Source: an uncultured Chloroflexia bacterium (lineage in GTDB: Bacteria; Chloroflexota; Limnocylindria; Limnocylindrales; CSP1-4). Taken from it: a DNA stretch of 64,000 bases. Position numbers and translations under genes: made by a program. The stretch spans positions 135,314 to 199,313 of the forward strand of contig CAWEOO010000003.1 of the NCBI GenBank assembly GCA_963810725.1, in the 5' to 3' direction. Under the pieces are notes generated by a model. The model was not told where the DNA came from. It was given only the letters and a program-made list of their open reading frames with translations, and searched no databases. Shown piece by piece: positions 1 through 10,397 of this stretch; position 1 is the first letter of the stretch, and each line of letters begins with the position of its first letter.

Positions 1-1404
1 CACCTGCAGCCGGCCACTGGACCCGCCGAAGCCGCCCACCTGCACGTAGTACGTCACCCCTTCGACCGTATCCACCGTGATCCTCGCCTGGAGGCTGAAA
101 TCGGGCTCGAACACGTCATCGACGCAGCCCACCTGCTCGAACGACCCGGGTGAACCCGTGTAGACCCCCGCGATCGTGTCGAAGTTGCTGCCGACCGTGT
201 CGACGGTCACCGGGCCGCCGGTCCCGACGAACGTCCACCAGGCGGTGTATTCGATGGGGAACGGGAAGGAATTGCCGGTATCGGGATCGATGAACGCACA
301 GGGCTCCTCAGGTGCCTGCGCGTTGCCACCGGTCACGAGCCGATACGTCCGCCCGAGGTCGGCCGCGATCGCTTCGTCGGGTGTGTCGTTCGCCAACGGC
401 CCGGGCTTCGGGCCGCTGGGCCGGACATCGTGCACGAACACGTGTTCTCGCGACGCGACGCAGTGCTCGTCATCCATCGGCAGCGTCTGGTCGCCGCCCG
501 GCGTGCTGACGTCAAGGGTGCCGCTCACCGCGAGGCGTTCGCTGGTGAACTTCGCCCGGTTCGGGCCGGTGCCGTCCATCGTCCGAGTGATCTCGCCGGT
601 CGGCTCGAGGGTCGCGGATGCGGCGCCGGTGCCGACCGCGATATCGCCATCGGGCTGCAGGAACAGCTCGAAGGTCGCGCCCAACGCCGTGTCGGACAAG
701 GACGTGGATTTGGAGAAGCCGGCATATTCGCCGCTCGAGTCCGACATGAACAGGTCGCTGAAGGCTCCAAAGGCGTCGCCGCTCGCGAACAGGCCGACGA
801 ACCCATCGGCCGTCTCCCAGGTGCACGACACGTTGATGCTGTCGAAGCGCTGGATGAAAGCCGAAGGGTTGGTCGTGAAGAAGGTCAGGTCCTGGACCGA
901 AGCAAAGCAACTTGCCAGGTCAAAGGCCTCTGCGCCCGGCACGGTCAGCGTCCCGCTGACGAGCATCGGCTGATCGGTGCCCTCGACATCCGTCCAGCGG
1001 TTCCCGTCACGGAATTGTTCGTCCACCAGCAGTGGCTCGCCATCCGGAGTCAACGTCGCCTCGAGGCTGGCCGTGCCGGCCGGGGAGCCCGTGTCGACGT
1101 CCACGAGCTCGAACGTCGCGGAGATGTTCGTATCGGTCGCCTCCACCTCGGCGCCGATCGCCACGGACGTCGGGTCGTCGCTGAATGGCTCGGCGGGCGC
1201 CTCCCAGAACGCGAGCTCACCGAAGCTTCCGAACTCGGAGCTATCGACCGCGAACGTGCTGACAAAGCCGTCGTCGTTCGAAAGGTCGCACCCGATGACG
1301 ACGGCGTGCTCGATGACGTGCTGCGCCGGTGCCGCGGTCACCGCCGCCGGCATGGCGATCATGAGCAGGGACGCGACCGTCCCGATGACGAGTGACCGAC
1401 GCAT
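1..1404 (-). CDS. Secreted hypothetical protein. It has an N-terminal signal peptide (MRRSLVIGTVASLLMIAMPAAVTAAPA) and its C-terminus runs off the window start.
   Basis: The reverse frame is open from the ATG at 1402-1404 to position 1, with strong GC3 bias. A GGAGGAGG Shine-Dalgarno lies upstream. It is absent from the ORF track because it runs off the window edge. The plus-strand ORFs 176..973, 430..1395 and 977..1624 are antisense artefacts of this gene. Confidence 0.6.
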   Translation of the reverse strand, partial: MRRSLVIGTVASLLMIAMPAAVTAAPAQHVIEHAVVIGCDLSNDDGFVSTFAVDSSEFGSFGELAFWEAPAEPFSDDPTSVAIGAEVEATDTNISATFELVDVDTGSPAGTASLEATLTPDGEPLLVDEQFRDGNRWTDVEGTDQPMLVSGTLTVPGAEAFDLASCFASVQDLTFFTTNPSAFIQRFDSINVSCTWETADGFVGLFASGDAFGAFSDLFMSDSSGEYAGFSKSTSLSDTALGATFELFLQPDGDIAVGTGAASATLEPTGEITRTMDGTGPNRAKFTSERLAVSGTLDVSTPGGDQTLPMDDEHCVASREHVFVHDVRPSGPKPGPLANDTPDEAIAADLGRTYRLVTGGNAQAPEEPCAFIDPDTGNSFPFPIEYTAWWTFVGTGGPVTVDTVGSNFDTIAGVYTGSPGSFEQVGCVDDVFEPDFSLQARITVDTVEGVTYYVQVGGFGGSSGRLQV

Positions 1405-1506
1405 GATCTCCTCCTCCACGGATCGCAGAGATACGTGGCCGGGACCATACAACGCGGATGTTGCCCTGCCGTCTCGTGCCGGTGTCGCCTGCCCTCGTCG
1501 GGGTGC

Positions 1507-4500
1507 TCAGCGGATCGTCAGTTCGCGCCGCGGCGTGATCGCTGCGCGGTTCGGACCGCTGCGTGACTCGACGATGGCGGATTCCCACCGGTACGTGCCC
1601 ACGGTGATCACCCTGGCGACATAGCGCAGCCAGACCGTCCCTTCGTTCGGGCTCCTCATGGCGCAGAAGGTCACGCGTTGAGCGGCCTGCTCCTCGGGAT
1701 AGGTGCGATCTCGCTGGCGCTCGCCCGTCTCCGGATCCATCCAGTCCTCGAGGACCCCCACCGGGACGAGGCCGGACGGCACCATATCCGTCACGCGATG
1801 GCAGCCGATCGCAGCCTGCGGACCGAACGAGACCTTGAAGTCCACGGCCACGAGGTCACGCGCTCGAACGGTCCCGGCGGGGCTGACCCGGCGCTCGATG
1901 GTGACATCCGGGTCCTTCTCGAGGGTCGTGGCGTCCACGGGTTCGCGCCAACTCGTCGTCACGCCGACCGCACCTTCGACGGGCTCGATGGACACGTTCG
2001 CCAGCTGACGCCTTCGTGAGACTGACGCGGAAATCCTCGCCCGGTCCGAGCTCCACGACCCGACGCTCGCCGTCGGACACGTACGCGAAGCTGGCGGACG
2101 CGGCGGGCCGATGCTCCAGCGTCCAGCGGCTGTACCCCACGCTGTGCAACTCGTGCGGTGCCTCGACGCTCGGGTTCGCCTCCACATACGCCTGGTATCG
2201 CGACGCGACCGGGTCGCCCGTCGAAGCCATGAGCATCGCCATGAGCCCCGTGGCCGCGGTGATATCCGCGGCATCGTCGCCGACACGCAGCCGCGCGTGA
2301 CCGTCGACCGCCTCGCCGAACTCGTCGACGAGCGAGGTGATGACCGACCTGGCGGTGGTGGCATCACCCAGGCTAGCGGCGCCCAGACCGGCCATGAGCC
2401 GCTCGCGGACGGTCAACTCCGGGTCGGCGACCGCTGCCCGGATCCTCCGGGAGCACGGGTGCGCCCACACCCGCGAGGCCTGCGAGCGCGTAGATGCGCC
2501 GCTCCCGCGTCGCCTTGGCGTCCTCGGCGACCGCCCGGAAGAAGCTGGTCAGTCGCCATGGGTCGAACCGGTCGGGCGCCACGACCGCCGCGAGCGCAGA
2601 CACTTCGAGATCGCTGCTCGCATAGGGCAGGATCGCGATCCCACCGTCGTCGGTCTGGTACTGGTCCGCGTCGAACGTCGGGGAGTCCGCTTCCTTGCCA
2701 GCGGACGGGAATCGCTGCGCCATCAGCGTCCTGGCGAGGTCCGCCGCGAGGGCTCGCTCAAGGCGGGCGCTCCCGCCAGCGGCAAGCTCCACTAGGCGCG
2801 GGAGTTCCTGCCCGGCCCCCGCATCCGAAACGATGATCTCCGTCATGCCTTCGCCGCCTTCGATGACCGTCGGGCCGGACACCGCCACATAACTCGTCCG
2901 GGTTCGCGTCAGGCGCGACGGCACGACCGCGAAGGAGCGCGTCAGGCGATCGGTCTGCTTCGAGGCGCCGCTTCCCGTCGTGGCCGTGATCGTGATCGAA
3001 TGCGTGCCCAGCTTGAGATCCGGCAAGGGGACGGTCACCGCCTTGAATGCGTCGGCCCGCAGGCCGGATGCGTGGAGCCCCAGGCTCTCGGCGTCGACCG
3101 CAAAGGTCACCCGGTCGTCAGCGTCGAGGGCGGTGCCGAACCCTCGGATCTGGATGGCCGGTCGATCCGCCAGGAGATACTCGGGTGCGATCGCGGCGTC
3201 GATGAAGAAGGGTAGCCCGACCGGGATGAGGGTCGATCCCCCGCCCGCTTCCAGGCCGGCCCCGATGGCCGATGCACCCACGCGCCACGAAGTCAGGTCA
3301 TCCGACAGTCGGAAGGTCACCGACGCACGCCCGTCGGCACCGGTCTCCACGGCCTGGAACAGGACGGTGTCCCGGAACTCGTCGTCACCGCCGCCTCCGC
3401 CGGTGTCGCCGCCTTCGCCACGGTTGCCTGGCCCTCGATGCGAGAGGTACGTCGCCCGGATGCCGGCATCCACCGAGGCGTATAGCTCACGGAGCGGATC
3501 GTCGACGCTGGCGGCGCCGATTTCGAAGAGCTTCTCGTCGACGGCGCGCAGGACGACCGTGGCAGGAATGGGGTCCCCCGTTGCGTTACGCGTCCGGACG
3601 GCGAGGGTCACCTCGTCGCGGGGAGCGTAGCGGGCCTTGTCCGGCTGCACGTCCACGGTGATCGCTCGGTCCGAGGAGCGGAAGCGCGCCTGGAACCGGC
3701 CGGCATCCACGTACCCCGTGCCCGTGAACCGGACCGCGCCGATCTCGACGTTCGGCGGTCCCCATGATGGGAAATCGGTCACGAACCGCGCCGATCTCGC
3801 CACCGTGACGTCCCGGAGGCCGCGCTGGGCCACGTAGAACAGGCGCCGGTCGTCTTCGGGGGTGCCGCTGGCCCCAGGCTCTCGCATCGTCAGGTCGACC
3901 TCGTCGCCGATCCCGAACTCGGTCGGATCGTCCTGATCGGCGCTCAGTCCGAGGAAGGCTGACGCGTGCGGCTCGCCGAAGTCGTGTTCGACGCTCGCGT
4001 GGGTCGTCCGCCTGGCGACGTGGCCGTCGGGATCCGAGAGCGTGAGTTGGACCCGGTAATCGTGGCCCTTGCCGGACGCCGGGATGGACCCGCTGAACCG
4101 GCCGCGATCGTCCGTGCTGATCCGGATCGTCCCGGCGGCCCGCTCCCGCTGCTCGTACTCGTACAAGGGGACGACGCGCTTCTCGATGAAGTCGTACGTC
4201 GTGCCGACCTGCCTGCGCACCGGGATGATCTCGGTGAACCTGGCTGTCACGGTCCGGCTCCTGACCGGCGCACCGCGTGGGTCGAGGTCCCAGATCGAGG
4301 CGCCCGCAGCCAGCTCGCGCTCCAAACGGTCGCGATCGACGACGTTGACGGCGCCCGACATCCTGACCCGGCCGCCGCGGATCTCCGAGTCCGCGGTGAC
4401 GGTCCACATGCTCGGGAACACCATGAAATCGTGACTCGCGCCGTTGATCTCCCCCTCCTCGGCTCGAGCGGGTCGTACGGACACCGTCTGGTGCTCGGGA

Positions 4501-5957
4501 TCCTGCAAGTCCTGGTCATCTGACAGGCGGGCCGTCTTCCGGATGGTGGCGGACCCGGACGCGTTGGTCGTCGCGCTTCCTTCGACGAGCCCATCCATCC
4601 GCAGCGGGACGCCGGGGACCGGGGTGCCCTCGAAGAAGCTGGCCGTCGCCGTGACCCGGATCCGATCGCCGACGATGTAGATGCGGCGACCCGTGGCGAC
4701 ATCCAGTCGGTAGGCGGGTTTGAGGATCCGCCCGACCTGGACATGGCGTCGGGTGACCACCGCACCATCGATGACGAGCTCGAGCCGATAACTGCCCTCC
4801 GGGACGTCACGCAGCGCAAGGGACCCGGTGAACGCCCCGGTCGGCCTCGTTGCCCCCGTGATCTGGGCAATGGGGGCGATCGCCCCGTCGGATCCGTCGG
4901 CCGAGCTGAGTCGGATCGTGACGCTTGCGGGGACTTCGCCGGTATCGCGATCGCGGACGACGCCCCAGGCGTTGATCGCGTCCGTCGGTCGATAGCGGTC
5001 GCGATCGCTATGGAGGAGCTGCCAGAACCGTGGGTGTCCTTCGAACCCGGGCCAGAAGCTATCGATGCCGAAGCCCCCATCGGGGGTTCGCGCACCGGTC
5101 GCCGGGACGAAGGCCGATCGCCGGCCATCGCCGATGACGACCACCGGCTCGCAATCCTTCAGACACGCTCGACCTTGGTCCGCCTTGAGTGATGCCGGGG
5201 TGGCGGTCACGAGGGTGCCGTTCCCGCCGGTGCGGCCAAGCGACGCGCCATCCACGGACACGGTCGCATCGGCGATCGGGTCTCCCGTGGCGAGATCGTT
5301 GGCCCACACCAGGGTGTCGGTATCGGACACGAGCAGGTAGCTCGCGATATCCGTGACCTGCAGGATGGCCTGGGCCGGGTGCTTCTTCGATGGGTACTGC
5401 ACGAGATACCAGCCGGCCGGGAGGCGTTCCGGCAGGCGCGTCCACACCGTCCCCTGGTGATCCTCGACGTGCGCATCGAGCTTGACGACTCGGCGCAGGC
5501 CCTTGGTCGGGACCTGGGGGCCGGTGCTCCACTGGCTCCAGCTCGGGGTCGCGCGAAGGCGGCGGAACGATTCGATGGCCTTCGCCCGATCGGACAGCCG
5601 GTAGACCTCCAGCGGCACGCTGTCGATCTCGTCGCTACCGTCCCAGTCGAACGCCCAAAGCGAGATGATCGGCCGGTCGGCGGTCGCCGAATTCGAACAG
5701 GTCGTTCGCGAACCGGAAGGTCGTCTCGCGCGGGGCCGCATCGTTCGCGGGCGCGGTTTCGAACTGGAATCGGACATCCTCCTCGAGGATCTCGCCGGTC
5801 GCGGCGACCTGCACGCCACGACGCACCGTGACGGTGTAGATCCTGGCCGGGGACAGGCGCTTCGCCGGAACGAACGCGAGGACGCGACCGTGCACCTCGA
5901 AGCGGCCTTCGATCTTGGGCTCGATCGACACGTGTGCCGCGGCGTCGACCACGCCAT
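1507..5957 (-). CDS. Alpha-2-macroglobulin family protein with MG/Ig-like repeats, roughly 1500 aa or more. It is split into three frames: 2373..5957, 1856..2470 and 1507..2367.
   Basis: It contains A2M-type motifs (FRDTVLFQAVETGADGRASVTFRLSDDLTSWRVGASAIGA ... LPFF). Protein-like sequence continues in shifted frames near 2400 and 2000. There is no signal peptide at the frame start. Real coding begins around 5657, where the upstream anti-sigma frame stops. Confidence 0.7.
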
Positions 5958-6834
5958 CCTGGTCGAAGGTGATCTCGATGCCCGTGTCGCGCGGCACGCC
6001 CGTTACCTCGTTGCCGGGGACCGTCGAGATGACCCGCAAGGGCTGCCGTGCCTGGAAGGCCCAGGAATCGAGGGTCTGTCCGTCCGAGCCAGCCAGCGTG
6101 AAGCGGTACACCGCGCCCGGCGTCAGCGGCTCGACCGGGGTGAGGCGGACGCGGCCGTCCGCTTCAGGCGTCGCGGTCAGGGTCAGCGGCGGCTGAACGC
6201 TGACCCGTTCGGCAAGCTCGGCCGGCGATGTCCCGTCGAGGCTGCCAAGGAGGAAGCTGTTCTCGAGCTCGATCATGCCGTCGCGGGCGTGCTCGGCCGT
6301 CAGCTCGGCCACGGGATCCCACCTGGTGGCGAGCACGTCGTTCGGGACGCCCGTGGGGCCTGGCCCTCCCGGGTCACCCGAATTCGGCGGCGCCGAACTG
6401 CCTGGCCCCGCCGAAGGGGCGCCCGATGGATCGACGACGGCGATCCCGCCGTCGGAGGGGATGGCGCGCCAGGCGAGCGTCCCGCCCACGACCGCGACGA
6501 TGACCGCGGCCGCGGCGACGAGAGCCGCCCGGTCACGGAATTGATCGGGCAGCCGGAGCACCGTCGACCGCGCTGGAACCGGGGACGGGAACGGGGCGCG
6601 TCCGCTCACATCTGGCCTCGCGGCGGCACCGACGATCCGAGCGCGCAGGTCGCTGGGTGCGTCTTCGCGGCCGAGTTCGACCAGGGCGACGGCATCAGTG
6701 CGTAGGCCTTCGTCGATGGCCCGGCATTCGCCGCACGATGCGAGATGGGCCGTGAGGGTTTCGGCGTCCGCCAGCGACAGCTCGAAGTCGACGGTGCTGG
6801 CGGCGAGCTCGAGGGCGCGTTCGTGATCGTTCAT
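5635..6834 (-). CDS. Zinc-finger anti-sigma factor with a transmembrane segment and an Ig-like (SbsA/Big-like) extracytoplasmic domain. It probably runs on into the A2M ORF.
   Basis: The N-terminus reads MNDHERALE..HLASCGEC, a zinc-finger anti-sigma (ZAS)-type motif. A hydrophobic helix is followed by a Pro/Gly linker. Its ATG overlaps the sigma-factor stop as ATGA at 6831-6834. The C-terminal 300 bp overlaps the giant ORF in another frame. Confidence 0.7.
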   Translation of the reverse strand: MNDHERALELAASTVDFELSLADAETLTAHLASCGECRAIDEGLRTDAVALVELGREDAPSDLRARIVGAAARPDVSGRAPFPSPVPARSTVLRLPDQFRDRAALVAAAAVIVAVVGGTLAWRAIPSDGGIAVVDPSGAPSAGPGSSAPPNSGDPGGPGPTGVPNDVLATRWDPVAELTAEHARDGMIELENSFLLGSLDGTSPAELAERVSVQPPLTLTATPEADGRVRLTPVEPLTPGAVYRFTLAGSDGQTLDSWAFQARQPLRVISTVPGNEVTGVPRDTGIEITFDQDGVVDAAAHVSIEPKIEGRFEVHGRVLAFVPAKRLSPARIYTVTVRRGVQVAATGEILEEDVRFQFETAPANDAAPRETTFRFANDLFEFGDRRPADHLALGVRLGR

Positions 6835-7406
6835 GGCAGGGCCTGCATCGAGCCGAGCCGCTCGCGGAGCTGGAGCCGAGTACGGCACATCAGGGCCCTC
6901 GTCGCGATCGCGCTGCGGCCGATGGCCTCGGCGATCTCGAGCCCGTTGAAACCATTCGCGGCCATGAGGAGGGCGGTCCGCGCATCCGGTCCGATCTCGG
7001 CGAGGACGGCGTCGATGTCCTGCTTACGCTCGTGCTCGAGGAATTCCGGCTCGGGGCCGGCCTCGACCCCGCGGGCCACCAGCGCACCGAGCTGCTTCTG
7101 CGCCACGGCGGCGCGTCGTGCCCGTGAGACGACGAGATTCGCGATCACGCGGTACAGCCAGGCGCGGATGTTCGTCGGCTCGCGCCCCGCGTCGATCTCG
7201 ACGATCAGGCGGACGAACGCCTCGTGGACGAGGTCTTCTGCCGCTTCGCGGTCTCGGCTGGAGCGGAGCGCGAAGCTGAACAGTTCCCGCTGATGCGCGT
7301 CGTAGAGCGCGGCGACCAGGTCCCCGGTCTGCCCGGCGGCATCGACGCCGGCACTCCCGAGGACGTGCAGGTCATCCATCGTCACGAGGGCCATGCTGTG
7401 GCTCAC
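6831..7406 (-). CDS. ECF (sigma-70 family) RNA polymerase sigma factor.
   Basis: It has sigma region 2 and region 4 motifs (DLVHEAFVRL ... LEIAEAIGRSAIATRALMCRTRLQLR). It is coupled to the downstream anti-sigma by a stop/start overlap. Confidence 0.85.
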   Translation of the reverse strand: MSHSMALVTMDDLHVLGSAGVDAAGQTGDLVAALYDAHQRELFSFALRSSRDREAAEDLVHEAFVRLIVEIDAGREPTNIRAWLYRVIANLVVSRARRAAVAQKQLGALVARGVEAGPEPEFLEHERKQDIDAVLAEIGPDARTALLMAANGFNGLEIAEAIGRSAIATRALMCRTRLQLRERLGSMQALP

Positions 7407-7607
7407 GCCGCGTGTGACGCCGCGACCGCTCGGATGTTGCGCTGCCCTTGTCCATTGCCTGGCCCCTCGACGGGTGATGGCTCGGGCCGGGTGGCTCGAT
7501 CAAAGCAGGCGACGCTTCATCGGTGCCGTTGTTGCAGTCTTGCAGGCAGGTGTCGGCCAGTTGTCAGGCCACCGCTTCAGCCGCGGCGCCACGGAGGTCC
7601 GCCGTCG

Positions 7608-8564
7608 CTACTCCAGGTCCTGGAGCAGCTCCGCGAGCATCAGCGCGTTCGTCGCGCCGTAATTGGCGTAGCAGTTGTTGAACAGGACGTGGGTCTGCTT
7701 CGCCTGGCCGGCGGCTTCGCGGACGCGCGGCACCCACTCCTCGAGCTCGTCCTCGTCGTACAGGTAGCGGAAGCGCTCGACGGTCTTGATGCCGGGCTTC
7801 TCCCACGTCTCGGTGCGGCGGCCATGGAAGCGCACGACCGCGAGCTCCGGTGACGTGGCGGCGACGATGGCCGGCACGCTCGACTTGAAGCCCTGCGGTC
7901 CATCGACCATGACGAGCGGGATCTCGCGGTCGCCCAGGAACTTGAGCGTGCGCTCGATGTTCTTGTCGTTGAACCACGACGCGCTGCGGAATTCGACGGC
8001 CGGCGTCATCCCGACGTTCCGCAATCGGTCAACCGATTCCTCGATCGTGTCGCGGTTCTCCGACGAGGTGAAGAACCAGCGCGGGTACTGGAGCAGGATC
8101 GAGCCGAGCTGGCCGGCTTCCTGCAGCGGCTCGAGGCCGTCGGCGAACCACGCCCACACGTCGTCCTTGAGGGCGTCGGGCAGGTCCTTGGCGTAGATCC
8201 GGGCCTTCTCGGCGACCTCGCCCGGCAGGGCCTCGCGCAGGTCCTTGGGGAGGCGCTTCGTCTCGGTCGGCTGACCGGTCATCAGGGCGTGGGCCTTGAT
8301 GTCGAAGGTGAAGTCGGGCGGCGTGCGCTCGACCCACAGCTCCGAGGTGCGCCGGACGGGCAGCGAGTAGTAGGTCGCGTCGACCTCGACCAGCGGGAAG
8401 CGCGACGCGTAGAACTGGAGCCGCTCCTCGGCGGAGTCGGCGCCGCTCGGGTAGAAGACGCCCGACGCGGTCATCGTCGGGTCGGTCCACGACGCCGTGC
8501 CGATCCGGATCGCGCCGCCGCCCTTGATCGTCGAACGGGTTCGCGGCCACGTCCGGTGCCCCAT
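7608..8564 (-). CDS. DUF72 (YecE-like) family protein.
   Basis: The protein reads IRIGTASWTDP...FYPSG...YASRFPLVEVDATYYSLP, which matches the DUF72 pattern. Confidence 0.8.
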   Translation of the reverse strand: MGHRTWPRTRSTIKGGGAIRIGTASWTDPTMTASGVFYPSGADSAEERLQFYASRFPLVEVDATYYSLPVRRTSELWVERTPPDFTFDIKAHALMTGQPTETKRLPKDLREALPGEVAEKARIYAKDLPDALKDDVWAWFADGLEPLQEAGQLGSILLQYPRWFFTSSENRDTIEESVDRLRNVGMTPAVEFRSASWFNDKNIERTLKFLGDREIPLVMVDGPQGFKSSVPAIVAATSPELAVVRFHGRRTETWEKPGIKTVERFRYLYDEDELEEWVPRVREAAGQAKQTHVLFNNCYANYGATNALMLAELLQDLE

Positions 8565-8660
8565 CGAAGGTCGCGGCCGCGGCGTCCGGCCCCGGGTCGT
8601 GGACGTTGTCCGTCATGCCCGCAGGGTACCGAAGTCGCGCCGCGAGCGCGCGTACGATAG

Positions 8661-8933
8661 GCAGCGTGGACGACACCGAGCCGCGCGATCGACCTCCACC
8701 TCGAGCTCGCCGACGACGAGGAGCTCGCCGAGCTGGAGCGGGCGCTGCTCAAGGCCCGCGCGACCGAGCTCGGCGAGGTCCGTCGCCGCGACATCCGGCT
8801 CACCGCCGGCTACGGCGACGCGACGACCCGCGACGTGCTCGACGACGAGAGCCGGCGGGCGCGGATCCGCCACGACGTCCTCGGCAAGGTCCTCGACGCG
8901 CTCGGGGCCGCGCGGGGCGAGCGGCGACCCTGA
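8661..8933 (+). CDS. Small acidic hypothetical protein of about 85 aa. It has no canonical in-frame start, so it may be frameshifted relative to the GTG at 8666.
   Basis: GC3 bias is very strong across 81 codons (LELADDEELAELERALLKARATELGEVRRRDIRLTAGYGD...). The frame opens after a TAG at 8658-8660. Confidence 0.35.
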   Translation, partial: AAWTTPSRAIDLHLELADDEELAELERALLKARATELGEVRRRDIRLTAGYGDATTRDVLDDESRRARIRHDVLGKVLDALGAARGERRP

Positions 8934-8939
8934 CGGTCG

Positions 8940-10397
8940 TCAGCCGTGACGCGGCTCCTTGCGCGACCGCCGCCCGGGCCCGGCGTCCGGGCAGGAGCAG
9001 CGACGATGCGGCCACGCCGATGGCGACGACCGCCAGGATGCCGAACCCGGTCGAGATGCCGGCCGGGGTGACCGTTCCGCCCAGCACCGCGCCCGCCAGC
9101 GTGGCGCCGAGCGCCCCGCCGATGTATCGCCCGGTGATATAGGTTCCCGCCGCCATCCCGACCCGCTCCGGACTCGATCATCTCGAGCGCCGCCGTCTGC
9201 CGCGGCGAGCCCGCCATCCCCATCCCGAACCCGACGAGGGCCAGCAGGAGGCCGAGCGCCAGCGTGGACGACTCCGGTGCGACCAGCCAGAGCGCGGCGA
9301 GCCCCACGACGCTCGGCGACCGTGCCGATGACCGCCGGCTGACGACGCCCGACGACGTCCGACCGTCGGCCGCCGATCGGCGCCGCGATGGCGCCAAGGG
9401 CCGAGATGCCGAGCAGCACGAAGCCGCTCGTCTGGGCATCGCCGCCCTGGAGCCGCTCGACGAGGAGCGGCACGAGCACGAGCGTGGCATGGAGGATCAC
9501 CGTGGTCGCCGAAGACGCCGACCACCGCCGCCGCGAACGAGCGCGAGGCGAAGAGCCGCGGATCGACGGCGGGGTGCTCCGTTCGTAGCTCGACGAGGAC
9601 GAACAGGAGCGAGGAGGACGGCGCCGCGAGGATCGCCGCGATCTCCGGCCCGCCGCCCTCCAGCCCGCGAAGGCCGAGCAAGCAGCGAGACGAGGAACGC
9701 CGCGAGGACGCCCAGGCCGGGCAGGTCGATCGGGCGCGGCACGACCGGTCGCTGCGGTCGCGGCTCCGACTGGCCGGGGCCGGACGACCGCTCCGACCGC
9801 GACCGCGGCAAAGATCGCGACCGGCACGGCGACCACGAACAACGATCGCCAGCCCAGGCCCGCGACCAGCAAGCCACCGATGAACGGCCCGACCGCCGCG
9901 CTCGTCGAGACGAGCATGTCGAAGAGCCCGAACGCCGACCCGCGCCGATCCGGCGGCGCCATCGAGCGAAGCAACGCGACCGAGCTCGTGGACACGAACG
10001 CCCCGCTCACCGCCTGGAAGACCCGCGCCAGCGCGAGGACCTCGAAGGAGGTGGCCGTGGCCGCAAGCGCGGACGCAAGCGCGAACGCCGCAACGCCGAG
10101 GAGGAAGAGCCGCCGGTGACCGAACCGATCGCCAAGGCTGCCGCTCGCCGGCAACGCGATCGCGACCGCGCCCAGGTACAGCGTCACGAGCGAGGCGACG
10201 GTGGCCGCGCCAACGTCGAATTCGTCCATCACGCTCGGCAGGGCGACCGCGAGCATCGTCGAGTTGAGCGGGACCAGGATCGCCCCCGAGGCGAGGCCGA
10301 GCATGGCGCCGGTCATCAGGCGGCTCGGGCCTCCGGCCGGAGTCGTGGCCGGCTCGCCCGCTTCGTCCTCGGCCGCCGCCGCGGCCTCCTCGCTCAC
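8940..10397 (-). CDS. MFS transporter of the DHA2/EmrB-like drug:H+ antiporter family, interrupted by at least four frameshifts.
   Basis: MFS motifs (LVPLNSTMLAVALPSVMDEF ... LLFVLVELRTEHPAVDPRLFASRSF ... C-terminal helices) are spread over four ORF-track frames: 8940..11930, 9497..9877, 9178..9681 and 8810..9490. The GTG start overlaps the upstream stop as GTGA at about 10394-10397. Confidence 0.6.
   Translation of the reverse strand: MSEEAAAAAEDEAGEPATTPAGGPSRLMTGAMLGLASGAILVPLNSTMLAVALPSVMDEFDVGAATVASLVTLYLGAVAIALPASGSLGDRFGHRRLFLLGVAAFALASALAATATSFEVLALARVFQAVSGAFVSTSSVALLRSMAPPDRRGSAFGLFDMLVSTSAAVGPFIGGLLVAGLGWRSLFVVAVPVAIFAAVAVGAVVRPRPVGAATAATGRAAPDRPARPGRPRGVPRLAACSAFAGWRAAGRRSRRSSRRRPPRSCSSSSSYERSTPPSIRGSSPRARSRRRWSASSATTVILHATLVLVPLLVERLQGGDAQTSGFVLLGISALGAIAAPIGGRRSDVVGRRQPAVIGTVAERRGARRALAGRTGVVHAGARPPAGPRRVRDGDGGLAAADGGARDDRVRSGSGWRREPISPGDTSAGRSAPRWRARCWAERSPRPASRPGSASWRSSPSAWPHRRCSCPDAGPGRRSRKEPRHG

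Noticed and set aside
176-1624. Plus-strand ORFs 176..973, 430..1395 and 977..1624
   Set aside because: They are antisense or off-frame relative to a continuous, GC3-biased minus-strand gene (1..1404) with a signal peptide and a Shine-Dalgarno.
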